Shown piece by piece: positions 15,942 to 24,000 of a stretch of 24,000 bases of DNA. This DNA is from an uncultured Desulfomicrobiaceae bacterium (lineage in GTDB: Bacteria; Desulfobacterota; Desulfovibrionia; Desulfovibrionales; Desulfomicrobiaceae). Location: NCBI GenBank assembly GCA_937989665.1, contig CALKRN010000002.1, positions 29,800-53,799 on the forward strand, read 5' to 3'. Below the pieces are notes generated by a model. That model did not search any database. It was not told where the DNA came from and saw only the letters and a list, made by a program, of their open reading frames with translations. The position numbers were made by a program, and so were the translations under genes. How positions within the stretch are numbered: the first letter of the stretch is position 1; every line of letters starts with the position of its first letter.

Positions 15942-17822
15942 TTACGACTTCGGTGGCTGGATGAGCTCCGGGATGAGGACCTCGAGGCTGGCCTTCTCCC
16001 ACAGGCTCTGAAGATAGGCCTGGAAGAGCTGATCCGCGGCCTGTTGGCGCAGGGAGTCGGTCCATGCCTGTTTGGACCCTTCCCAGGTGGTAGGGTCGAG
16101 GCTGTGGACGGCCTGGATGCGGACAAGGAGAAAGGTATCACCCACCTGGTAGACCTGAGGGAGCCACTGGCCGGCTTCGTGGCGTAGGAGTGCGGCGCCG
16201 AGCTCGGGGTTGCTGCCGATGCCCGGGAGCTCACCTTGGCGGTCCACGCCTGAGACGTGACGGGAAAGGGCTGCGGCCGGCGGGGTGGGCAAGGCCGCGA
16301 GGGCGGCCTCTGCCTTGGCCTTGGCAGCGGCGCGTTGGCGCTCTTGGGTCAGCTGGGCGTGGATCTCGGCACGCGCCTCTTCCAGCGTTCGCGTTCGCGC
16401 GGGGATGTCTTCGAGCTTTGTGGCTAGGAGGTATCCGTTGGGCACGAGGATGGGGGCCTGGGTCGTTGTTCCCGGGGCAAGGAGCATCAGGGCCTTACCA
16501 TCGTCCGGCTTAAGGCCCAAACCAGCTGGGCCGTCGGCCTCACTGAAGAGGATGGGTCCCGTCAGGGAGAGACCAAGGCTTTGGGCCACTTCAGCAAGGC
16601 CTTTGCCGCGTGCAATAGCCTCAAGGGCAGTATCCAGGACGTCGCCGAGGCGCTCTGCGGCGTGGTCACGGGCGAGTTGTTCGCGGATGCTGGAGGCCAC
16701 TTCTTCCAGGGGTTTGCGGCGAGCCGGACGCTTTTCTTCCACGAGGATGAGGTGGAGGCCAAAGGGGGTGCGGACGACCGAACTCACCTCGCCCACTGGG
16801 AGGCTAAAGGCGGCCTCTTCGAATGCAGGGACCATGCGGCCGCGCTCGAACCAACCGAGATCCCCACCTCGGGAGGCGCTGGCATCTTGGGAGTGGGCCT
16901 TGGCCTCGGCGGCAAAAGAGGCCGCGTCATGGATGCGGCGGCGGATGGCCTCCAGCTCTCCGCGCACCTCGGCCTCCACCGTGGCATTGGCCTCGGGCGG
17001 TAGCAGCCGCAGGATGTGCCGAGCGCGTACGGCCTCGGGCTCGCGGAACCGGTCTGGCTGGGCGCTATAGGCGGCACGGATGGCCTCCTCCTCGATGGCC
17101 TCGGGCTTTGCCAGGGTCCGGGGGGAAATCTCCAGAAGGTGCACTCGGGCCTTGGCCGGCTCCTGGAATTCTTCCGGATGGGCGGCGTGGTAGGCGGCAA
17201 TGTCCTCTTCGCTCACCGAGACTGTCTCGCTGGAGGCGTTGAAGACAACGACCTCGAGGTCAACGGTGCGGCTAAGGACAGTAAAGAAATCCCGTGCTTG
17301 GGCCTCGGGGATGCGGCTTGCCTGGAGGATGGACTGGCGCAGTTTGGCCACCAGGAGGTCCTTGCGGAAGTCCTCCTCGAAGCGGGCCGCTTCAAGTCCC
17401 TGGGCCGCGAGGGCCTGCTGGTAGCGCTCTGGCGAAAAGCGGCCGTTGTCCTGAAAAGTTGGGATGGCGTGGACGGCCTGGGCAAGTTCGGTATCGCTGA
17501 TAAAAAGCCCCATGCGCCGCGCCTCTTGGAGGAGGAGCGTTGTGCCCACCATCTGGCGGAAGACTTGGCCACGGATATCGAGGGCATCGATGAGTTCCGC
17601 AGAAAGGCCAGGGGTTTGAGTCCGCAGGCGATCGAGGGTGGTTTGCACGGCGCGTTGGTAGTCGGCGATGGGGATGTTCTCGCCATTGACTAAGGCCACG
17701 GCCCCGCGGTGGCTGCGGTCCATGCGCCCGATGCCGAAGGCAAGGACAAAGACAACGATGATCATGGCGAACAGGATCTTGATGCCCCAGGAACGGGCCC
17801 CTTGGCGTAGGATATCAAGCAC
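15942..17822 (-). CDS. ppiD: periplasmic chaperone / peptidyl-prolyl cis-trans isomerase PpiD (SurA-N plus parvulin domain)
   Basis: 626-aa ORF. The N-terminus is MLDILRQGARSWGIKILFAMIIVVFVLAFG (PpiD anchor). The parvulin domain shows ARHIL...GGDLGWFERGRMVPAFEEAAF...VRTPFGLHLI. The GTG start overlaps the aconitase stop by 8 nt. Confidence 0.85.
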   Translation of the reverse strand: MLDILRQGARSWGIKILFAMIIVVFVLAFGIGRMDRSHRGAVALVNGENIPIADYQRAVQTTLDRLRTQTPGLSAELIDALDIRGQVFRQMVGTTLLLQEARRMGLFISDTELAQAVHAIPTFQDNGRFSPERYQQALAAQGLEAARFEEDFRKDLLVAKLRQSILQASRIPEAQARDFFTVLSRTVDLEVVVFNASSETVSVSEEDIAAYHAAHPEEFQEPAKARVHLLEISPRTLAKPEAIEEEAIRAAYSAQPDRFREPEAVRARHILRLLPPEANATVEAEVRGELEAIRRRIHDAASFAAEAKAHSQDASASRGGDLGWFERGRMVPAFEEAAFSLPVGEVSSVVRTPFGLHLILVEEKRPARRKPLEEVASSIREQLARDHAAERLGDVLDTALEAIARGKGLAEVAQSLGLSLTGPILFSEADGPAGLGLKPDDGKALMLLAPGTTTQAPILVPNGYLLATKLEDIPARTRTLEEARAEIHAQLTQERQRAAAKAKAEAALAALPTPPAAALSRHVSGVDRQGELPGIGSNPELGAALLRHEAGQWLPQVYQVGDTFLLVRIQAVHSLDPTTWEGSKQAWTDSLRQQAADQLFQAYLQSLWEKASLEVLIPELIQPPKS

Positions 17823-19755
17823 AGCTGTCCTCGCTCTGTTTTTTGGCGTTGACCCAGTTGAGCAGTCCGCCAGCGCGGAGGATGGCGATTTCCTGACCGG
17901 TTAGGTCATGGGTAAGGGCCACCGTGGCGCCGGCCGTTGTTGTTGCCGTGATGCCGGTGTTTGGGGCCAGGGCCGCGGTATCGAGGCAGATCGTCTCGCC
18001 CTGGGTGAGGCGGTCATAGTCCTCTGGTTGGGCCAGGGTGAGCGGGAGGATGCCGAAGTTGATGAGATTGGCCTTATGGATCCGGGCGAAAGACTTGGCG
18101 ATGACAAGACGCACGCCAAGGTAGCGCGGAGCTAGGGCCGCGTGTTCGCGGCTCGAACCTTGGCCGTAGTTCTCCCCACCGAGGATACATCCTTGGCCGG
18201 CGGCCTTGGCTCGGGCGACAAACTCGGCATCCACCCGGGCAAAGACGTGCTCGCTGATGGCCGGGATATTGGAGCGCAGGGCGGTGATGGCCGCACCTGC
18301 AGGCATGATATGGTCGGTGGTGATGTTATCGCCGGTCTTGAGAAGGATGGGCAGGGTGAGGCGTTCGGGCAGGGGGTCAAAAGGCGGAAGCGGCACGATG
18401 TTCGGGCCCCGCTCGATGCGCACAGAGCCGCTGTCCTCGGGCGGGAAGAGGAAGAGATGGCGGATGGAAGGGACGCGTGCTGGCAATCGAGGCGGGGTGA
18501 GGTCAGCTGTCCAGGTGGCCGGGTCGGTGAAACGGCCATCTCGGGCACAGAAGGCGGCGGTAATGGGGCTTGCGAGATAGACCTGGGCGTCTTGGGTGCC
18601 GCTGCGGCCTTCAAAATTGCGATTAAAGGTGCGCACGCTCACCCCGCCGCTGGCAGGGGAGCCTCCCATGCCGATGCAGGGCCCACAAGCGCATTCGAGA
18701 AGCCGAGCACCGGCATCGAGTAAGACGTCGAGCAGCCCTGCATGAGAGAGCATCTTGAGTACGGCCTTGGAGCCTGGGGCGATGAGGAGGTCGGTGGTGG
18801 GGACCACACGCTGCCCGGCGAGGATCTCGGCCACGGCCTTGAGGTCTGCATAGGACGAGTTGGTGCATGACCCCACGGCCACCTGGTCCACCCGCAGACC
18901 GTGGAGGTGGGCCACTGGGACGACCTTGTCGGGCATGTGCGGGGCTGCAGCCAAGGGCACGAGGGTACTAAGATCGACGTGGATCTCGTCGTCATAGATG
19001 GCGTCGGGGTCAGCGGCCAGGGGGATGAAGTCTGCTTCGCGGCCCATAAGGCGCAGGAAGGCGAGGGTCTGTTCGTCGCTGGGGAAGATGGAGGTGGTCG
19101 CCCCGAGCTCGGCTCCCATGTTGGTGATGGTGGCCCGCTCCGGCACGGTGAGGGTGGCGACCCCAGGGCCAGCGTACTCGAAGATGACCCCCACCCCACC
19201 TTTGACCGTCAGACGCCCCAACAAATGGAGGATGACGTCTTTGGCCGAGGCAAAGCCCGTGAGCTGGCCAGTGAGCCAAACTCGGCAGACTTTGGGCATG
19301 GTGAGGGGATAGGGCTCGCCGGCCATGGCCAGGGCCACGGAAAGGCCGCCTGCGCCCATGGCCAGGGCGCCCATGCCACCGGCGGTGGGCGTATGGGAAT
19401 CGGATCCAATGAGGGTCGTTCCCGGTTTGGCGAAGTTTTCCAGGTGGAGTTGGTGGCAGATGCCGGTGCCTGGGGGCGAGAAGACGATGCCGTAGCGTGC
19501 GGCCACGGTGCGCAGATAGCGGTGGTCGTCCGGGTTGCGGAAACCCATTTGCAGGGTGTTGTGGTCCACGTAGCTCACTGAGAGCTGGGTGCGGACGCGC
19601 GGCAGCCCCATGGCTTCCCATTGCAAGTAGGCCATGGTGCCGGTGGCATCTTGGGTGAGGGTTTGATCGATGGTCAGGGCAATGTCGCTGCCCGGGCGAA
19701 GCTCGCCGGAGACGAGATGCTGCGCGAGGATTTTGTGGGTCAGGGTTTGGGACAT
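17815..19755 (-). CDS. acn: aconitate hydratase (compact ~645-aa aconitase with a C-terminal swivel domain)
   Basis: 646-aa ORF with the aconitase-family motifs IDQTLTQDATG, GSDSHT, VGSCTNSSYADL, CGPCIGMG and GENYGQGSSREHAA. AAGGAG RBS upstream. Confidence 0.9.
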   Translation of the reverse strand: MSQTLTHKILAQHLVSGELRPGSDIALTIDQTLTQDATGTMAYLQWEAMGLPRVRTQLSVSYVDHNTLQMGFRNPDDHRYLRTVAARYGIVFSPPGTGICHQLHLENFAKPGTTLIGSDSHTPTAGGMGALAMGAGGLSVALAMAGEPYPLTMPKVCRVWLTGQLTGFASAKDVILHLLGRLTVKGGVGVIFEYAGPGVATLTVPERATITNMGAELGATTSIFPSDEQTLAFLRLMGREADFIPLAADPDAIYDDEIHVDLSTLVPLAAAPHMPDKVVPVAHLHGLRVDQVAVGSCTNSSYADLKAVAEILAGQRVVPTTDLLIAPGSKAVLKMLSHAGLLDVLLDAGARLLECACGPCIGMGGSPASGGVSVRTFNRNFEGRSGTQDAQVYLASPITAAFCARDGRFTDPATWTADLTPPRLPARVPSIRHLFLFPPEDSGSVRIERGPNIVPLPPFDPLPERLTLPILLKTGDNITTDHIMPAGAAITALRSNIPAISEHVFARVDAEFVARAKAAGQGCILGGENYGQGSSREHAALAPRYLGVRLVIAKSFARIHKANLINFGILPLTLAQPEDYDRLTQGETICLDTAALAPNTGITATTTAGATVALTHDLTGQEIAILRAGGLLNWVNAKKQSEDSCA

Positions 19756-19788
19756 GAAGACTCCTTGAACTGCGAGATGCGCCTCGGG

Positions 19789-20061
19789 TTAGGCCCAAGC
19801 GCTTTGGAGGAGGCGGATTTTGTTGCGTCGGAAGAGGATTTCCGTGTCGAGGCGGAGCTTTTCCTGCTGGAGTTGGAAGATTTCTGCCGCATGGGTGCAT
19901 CCTGGGTCTTTTGCTTCGGCTTCCCGCAATTGGCGGATGCGTTCCAGCAGCGCGGTTTGTTGGCGCTGGAAGGTGCTAATTTCCTCCTCTAGGGCGAGGA
20001 TGTGGCGGGTATGGTCGTCGTTAGGATTCCACGCGGATGCGTTTGCGTTTGGGTTGTTCAT
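19789..20061 (-). CDS. small coiled-coil protein (hypothetical)
   Basis: 90-aa ORF with codon usage resembling its neighbours and heptad-like sequence (ILALEEEISTFQRQQTALLERIRQLREAE...LQQEKLRLDTEILFRRNKIRLL). It has no obvious SD sequence and overlaps the upstream gene by 41 nt, so coding status is uncertain. Confidence 0.45.
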   Translation of the reverse strand: MNNPNANASAWNPNDDHTRHILALEEEISTFQRQQTALLERIRQLREAEAKDPGCTHAAEIFQLQQEKLRLDTEILFRRNKIRLLQSAWA

Positions 20062-21634
20062 GGACCGTGGCAGGTTCCGTTGGTTGGGTGAGAAAGTGTT
20101 GGGGTTCGGGAAGGTTCATGTAGATTTTCCAGAACCAGGGCCAAAGAGACGAGACATTGTCCGCACCGGCAAGGCACAAACCTGGCCGGGCAAAAGAGGC
20201 CAAGGCGGCTGCCAGCGTCCAGAAGGGGTCTGGACTTTGCCAGGGCCCTTCGGGGGTGCGGCCTTGGATGGGTAAGGTGAGGTGGAGGGTATTTTCCTGG
20301 CATTGTGCCGGCACTCCCAACGCGGCGAGGAATTCCATGGCCGTCTCAAGGGATTGGGGATGGGGGGCGCGCAGGGAGCTCGGGGCATTGAGCCCAAGGC
20401 AGAGGGCGAGCACGAGCGGAAAATACTCGGGGCACGGGGAGAGGTCGGCATCAAGGGCCAGGGGCGGCTCGGTCATTGTGGCGGTGATGGCGCCGTCGCC
20501 TATATGCAGGCGCAGGCCCAGTTCCTCGAGGATGTCCAGGGCATGTTGGAGATGGGGCAAGTGGGTAGGCCAGGTGCCCCGCAGCCGAGCGCTGCCGCCG
20601 TAAAAAAAGGGAAAGGCGAGCACATGGAGGGAGAGCAGGGGATCCACGGGGACGTCGGCCTGCGGGAGGTCGAGCTGTACTGGCCCTGGAGGGATGACGA
20701 TGGTTGTGTCCTGGAATTGGACTTCTGGGACCAGGGTTTGGAGAAAGCCAATCCCCTTACGCAGAAGTGAGCTCATGCGGGCTGCGGGCTCCACGTGGAT
20801 AATCATTCCCTTGGGATAGGTGGTGGCCGCCACCGCCAGGGCGAGGATGAATTTTTTGGAAAATCCAGGGGGGATGGTGATTTCTTCCGGGAGCTGGCCA
20901 CTGGCCTCCAGCCGCGCCGGTAGGCCAGTACTGTGGGGTTCGATGGTGGTGAGCCGTGCCCCGAGAGCCGGCAATAGGTCCTGGATGGGGCGAAGGTCAT
21001 GGACCTTGAGCCGGGTCGCGCCGGTGAATTTGACCTTGGCCACGCGCGAGAGGCTCAGACACAGGAGCAGGTAGAGGTGGAATTTGCCTTGGCCGGCATA
21101 GACGATGGTATTGTCCGGGGACCAGGAGGGGACTGGCTCGCTTTGGCAGGTCGCGGCCTGTGCGGTGAGTCGGAGACCGAATTGGCTAAGGGCGTTGATG
21201 AGCTCCAAAGAAAAATCATTGCCTTGGAAGGGGGTAATCGTCACCGGAGCGGTGTTGACTGCCGCGAGCACGAGCAGGGTGCTGGCGAGGATTTGGTCCC
21301 TAGGGGCGTCAATGTCGATGCCCACGGGTTTACGCCGCGGATAGAGGCACAAGGAATCTGGCCCATTGCCCTTTTCTGCCCGGGCGTAGGCCAAGGTGTT
21401 GGTGAGGTGGAAAAGGCGGCGGATGAGTTGGGGGTCCAGGTTATCTTTGGCACTGGCCAGCCGCCAGGTATTCCAGAGCGTTTTTTCCTGTTGGGCGTCC
21501 GTAATGCCAATCCCCTTGGCCCGACGGCGCTGCGCCGCCCTCGCCAGCAGAGCGGTCCGCTGGGTCAAGAGGGCAAGGATCTTGGCATCGATGCGGCTAA
21601 TTTCCTGGGTGAGTGAGAGGGGGTGTTCTGCCAT
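20021..21634 (-). CDS. fusion protein: AroQ chorismate-mutase-like N-terminal domain plus EPSP-synthase-fold (enolpyruvyl transferase-like) domain, both apparently degenerate
   Basis: 537-aa ORF. Residues 1-90 align by eye to E. coli PheA CM (LTQEISRIDAKILALLTQRTALL...). Residues ~105-520 follow the AroA layout (IDIDAPRDQILASTLLVLAAV vs INLPGSKSVSNRALLLAAL; DPFWTLAAAL vs NDHRMAMCF; SLWPWFW vs KTFPDYF), but the substrate-binding residues are replaced. Confidence 0.75.
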   Translation of the reverse strand: MAEHPLSLTQEISRIDAKILALLTQRTALLARAAQRRRAKGIGITDAQQEKTLWNTWRLASAKDNLDPQLIRRLFHLTNTLAYARAEKGNGPDSLCLYPRRKPVGIDIDAPRDQILASTLLVLAAVNTAPVTITPFQGNDFSLELINALSQFGLRLTAQAATCQSEPVPSWSPDNTIVYAGQGKFHLYLLLCLSLSRVAKVKFTGATRLKVHDLRPIQDLLPALGARLTTIEPHSTGLPARLEASGQLPEEITIPPGFSKKFILALAVAATTYPKGMIIHVEPAARMSSLLRKGIGFLQTLVPEVQFQDTTIVIPPGPVQLDLPQADVPVDPLLSLHVLAFPFFYGGSARLRGTWPTHLPHLQHALDILEELGLRLHIGDGAITATMTEPPLALDADLSPCPEYFPLVLALCLGLNAPSSLRAPHPQSLETAMEFLAALGVPAQCQENTLHLTLPIQGRTPEGPWQSPDPFWTLAAALASFARPGLCLAGADNVSSLWPWFWKIYMNLPEPQHFLTQPTEPATVHEQPKRKRIRVES

Positions 21635-21711
21635 AACGTGCTGTTGGGAAAAGGGTGGGAAATGCCGTCAAAGCTGACTTCTGCTAGCAAGAACACCCCG
21701 CTCAGGCAAGG

Positions 21712-23310
21712 CTATTCCACCCCCGGTTGTTTTTCCAGGTGGCCGGGGTTGTAGAGTTTGCGGTCCTGGGGTGCTGGCGGGGTCCATTGGTAGATCCAGG
21801 TCTCGGTGAGGGGCCGGCCATCGGCCTCGAGGTAGAGGCGCAGATTGATGGGGTTTTGGGTCTCATCTGGAGGTACGACGTCGAACATGCAGCGAAATCC
21901 CTGGATGGCATGCTGGGGGCGTACCGAGGTGATCTCAATGCGGCCAGCGGAGGTCTCCAGGACTGGTCGGATCGTACTGTTGGTGCCGATCATGGCGAGG
22001 TCCCCGCCCGCAAAGTCCACGGCAAAGCGCTGGCTGTAGTATTTGCGCGGCAGGCCCACGACGCCCCCAAGGCCGGTGAAGGTGTCCTTCGTATGCGCCA
22101 GCCGGTTTTGGACCGGCGGTTTGGTGCCCCAGTAGAGGTTATAGCTATAGAGGAGCTCCTGGCCTGGCTGGACCGGCTCTGCTGGATTCCAGAAGGCGAC
22201 GATGTTGTCGAAGGTTTCATCGAGATTAGCGATTTCCACGAGCACGACATACCCTTTGCCCCAATTGCCCAGCGGTTCTACCCAAACACTAGGCCGTTTG
22301 TCGTAGAAGACACCGTCATCTTGGTAGTGGTCAAAATTTTGGTCGCGCTGCAGGAGGCCAAACCCCTTCGGATTGAAGTCCATGTAGGCATTGTAGCGTA
22401 AAAAGGGTGGGTTATTGAGGGGCCGCCAGAGCCATTCGCCGTTGCCATTGTGCATGAGCAGCCCGTCGGAGTCGTGGATTTCTGGCCGCCAATCATGGCT
22501 CATGCGGCGGTCGTTTTCGGCGGTAAGGAACATACTGGTAAGCGGTGCAATGCCGAGGCGTTCGATAGGTTTGCGGGGATAGATGGCCGCATCGACGCGC
22601 ATGGTGAGGGTGTGGCCAGGGCGGATGTCGAAGCGATAGGCGCCAGTGACACTGGGAGAATCAAGGAGGGCGTAGACCGTGGCCGTGTCACTGCCCGGGG
22701 CAGGTTTCTCGAGCCAGAAATGAGTAAAGACCGGAAATTCTTCGTCGCGAGGCAGGGCGGTATCGACGGCGAGGCCACGGGCAGACATGCCGTACTGCAT
22801 CTCGCCCCCCACGGCGCGGAAATAGCTCGCCCCAAGAAAAGCCACCAGATCTCGGCGCCAATCGGTGTGGTAGCGGAAGCGAAAGCCGGCAAAGCCGAGA
22901 TTTTTAGGGAGGTCTTTGCCTTTGATGCCAGAGCTGCCGTATTGGAAGAGATCCGGAGTGTAGTCGATCTCCCGCGGTATCCCATCGATGATCTCGTAGA
23001 CCGTGACCGGGGTTTGGTAAAAGAGGCCGAGGTGGAAGAGCTCTGCCCGAAACAGGCTCGCCGGGTCGTTGCGCCAGAGGGCATGCTCTGGGTTGAAGGC
23101 GAGCTGCATGTACTGGTCCCAGGAGAGTTTCTTGAGGACTGCCGGGAGCTCGCCGGCATGGCTGACATAAGGCTGGGAGGCCAGGTGCCGGGCTTGGCCT
23201 TTGAGCCAGGCGTAGTCGAACTTCCCTTGGGGGAGGGGAAGCGTTGTGGCGCTATAGGCTGTTGTGCCAAGGAGAAAGACAAAGGCAAGAGCAAAGCAGA
23301 GACGTGGCAT
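21712..23310 (-). CDS. opgG: periplasmic glucan biosynthesis protein (OpgG/MdoG family)
   Basis: 532-aa ORF with a Sec-type signal peptide (MPRLCFALAFVFLLGTTAYSA). MdoG-like throughout (FDYAWLKGQARHLASQPY..., ELFHLGLFYQ, FAGFRFRYH, FLGASYFRAVG, IHDSDGL). Confidence 0.9.
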   Translation of the reverse strand: MPRLCFALAFVFLLGTTAYSATTLPLPQGKFDYAWLKGQARHLASQPYVSHAGELPAVLKKLSWDQYMQLAFNPEHALWRNDPASLFRAELFHLGLFYQTPVTVYEIIDGIPREIDYTPDLFQYGSSGIKGKDLPKNLGFAGFRFRYHTDWRRDLVAFLGASYFRAVGGEMQYGMSARGLAVDTALPRDEEFPVFTHFWLEKPAPGSDTATVYALLDSPSVTGAYRFDIRPGHTLTMRVDAAIYPRKPIERLGIAPLTSMFLTAENDRRMSHDWRPEIHDSDGLLMHNGNGEWLWRPLNNPPFLRYNAYMDFNPKGFGLLQRDQNFDHYQDDGVFYDKRPSVWVEPLGNWGKGYVVLVEIANLDETFDNIVAFWNPAEPVQPGQELLYSYNLYWGTKPPVQNRLAHTKDTFTGLGGVVGLPRKYYSQRFAVDFAGGDLAMIGTNSTIRPVLETSAGRIEITSVRPQHAIQGFRCMFDVVPPDETQNPINLRLYLEADGRPLTETWIYQWTPPAPQDRKLYNPGHLEKQPGVE

Positions 23311-23319
23311 AGGGACTCC

Positions 23320-23838
23320 TTATGGTTCCAGTCGTAGCCCGAGTCGTTTAGGGCAACCAGCCTCAAGGTGGCAGTCCTGGCAGCCATGACGGCCCGAGGC
23401 ATAGGTGAGGGTGGCGTATTTGCGGGACAGGGCTCCGCTTTCGTGGAGCTCGATGCCCAGTTCCCGGAGGGCCCTGGTGAGGGGTGGTGTGGGTGGAGGC
23501 ACCGGGGCACAACCGGTGCGGCGTAATCCTGGACGCAGAGAGGTCAAGCAGCCAAGGACGAGGGCCTGGGCCATGGCTTCCCGGGCAAAGGCCTTTGCTG
23601 GACTCGTCTCCCAGAGGGGGTCCATCTCGGCTTCTACGGAAGGAGCGAGGGTGACAAGCACGTAGCCTGTGCGTCCGCCCAGGCGCCAGGCCTCCACGGC
23701 AGGCAGCCACCGTTCCCATGCCTCGGAGAGCTCCAGGAGGGAGCGGGCATCGAGGAACGAGCGCTGGGAGAGCAGGAGATAGGTCTGCGGGTCGAGGTTG
23801 GGCTGGACGGAGACACGCTTCGCGGTAAGTGGGGCCAT
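23320..23838 (-). CDS. hypothetical Cys-containing protein; possibly a methionine-synthase activation-domain-like (Met_synt_B12-type) fold
   Basis: 172-aa ORF with AAGGAG 6 nt upstream. The C-terminal Cys set is GCAPVP ... GCQDCHLEAGCPKR. The segment LRELGIELHESGALSRKYATLTYA, together with the terminal CxxC...C, reminds me of small standalone B12 methionine-synthase activation-domain proteins. That assignment is from memory only. Confidence 0.6.
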   Translation of the reverse strand: MAPLTAKRVSVQPNLDPQTYLLLSQRSFLDARSLLELSEAWERWLPAVEAWRLGGRTGYVLVTLAPSVEAEMDPLWETSPAKAFAREAMAQALVLGCLTSLRPGLRRTGCAPVPPPTPPLTRALRELGIELHESGALSRKYATLTYASGRHGCQDCHLEAGCPKRLGLRLEP

Positions 23839-23847
23839 GGGAGCTCC

Positions 23848-24000
23848 TTAGGCCGGGGCAACGTCTGGCCCCGTGTCGTCATCGGTGCGCAGCAGTTCGG
23901 ACTTGAGTGGTGTTGGTATGGTGGCGGGGATAAGCCCTTGCTGCTTGAGGTAGACGAGAAACTTTTTGGCAATGGAGAAATTGGGATTGAGGGCCAGGGC
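23848..24000 (-). CDS. 3' end (50 codons) of an unidentified CDS that continues beyond the window
   Basis: My reverse-complement translation is in frame to a TAA at 23850..23848: ALALNPNFSIAKKFLVYLKQQGLIPATIPTPLKSELLRTDDDTGPDVAPA*. The stop is embedded in the RBS of the downstream gene. I recognise no family. Confidence 0.45.
   Translation of the reverse strand, partial: ALALNPNFSIAKKFLVYLKQQGLIPATIPTPLKSELLRTDDDTGPDVAPA

Noticed and set aside
23347-23361. A CxxCH motif (CQDCH) in the 172-aa protein, as a possible c-type heme attachment site.
   Set aside because: The protein has no signal peptide or lipobox, so it should not reach the periplasmic heme-ligation machinery. The motif is more plausibly part of a Cys metal site.

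Overview
GC-rich (by eye about 60%, not computed), very tightly packed chromosomal DNA. It looks like core genome of a Desulfovibrio-like sulfate reducer, based on a tetraheme cytochrome c3, a siroheme-decarboxylase (AhbB-type) gene next to hemL, and futalosine-pathway menaquinone genes. I found no rRNA, tRNA, CRISPR array, transposase or integrase.

Gene order:
- Minus strand: polyprenyl synthase (partial), mqnD, mqnB and a nucleotide-sugar dehydrogenase, all in one overlapping operon.
- Plus strand: a DUF2065 membrane peptide.
- Minus strand: ubiE/menG, a small ORF, and an acidic Pro-rich coiled-coil protein.
- Minus strand: cytochrome c3 with a duplicated terminator, then hemL and ahbB.
- Plus strand: gpsA.
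- Minus strand: yjbQ, an RsbW-like kinase and a REC-PP2C phosphatase.
- Plus strand: a repeat-containing coiled-coil / nuclease-fold protein.
- Plus strand: rrf2, argJ, an HD hydrolase, a TonB-like protein and a metallophosphoesterase.
- Minus strand: ppiD, aconitase, a small coiled-coil ORF, a chorismate-mutase-like/EPSP-synthase-like fusion, opgG, a Cys-rich protein and a partial CDS.

I could not identify a clear multi-gene novel system such as a defence island. The best candidates for undescribed biology are:
1. The orphan coiled-coil + PD-(D/E)xK-like gene at 11313-12125, which carries near-perfect 63-bp in-frame repeats.
2. The STAS-less REC-PP2C / RsbW-like / YjbQ operon transcribed divergently from it.
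3. The 537-aa fusion in which both enzyme-like domains appear to have lost their catalytic residues.

All family assignments come from reading motifs by eye. No database search was run.
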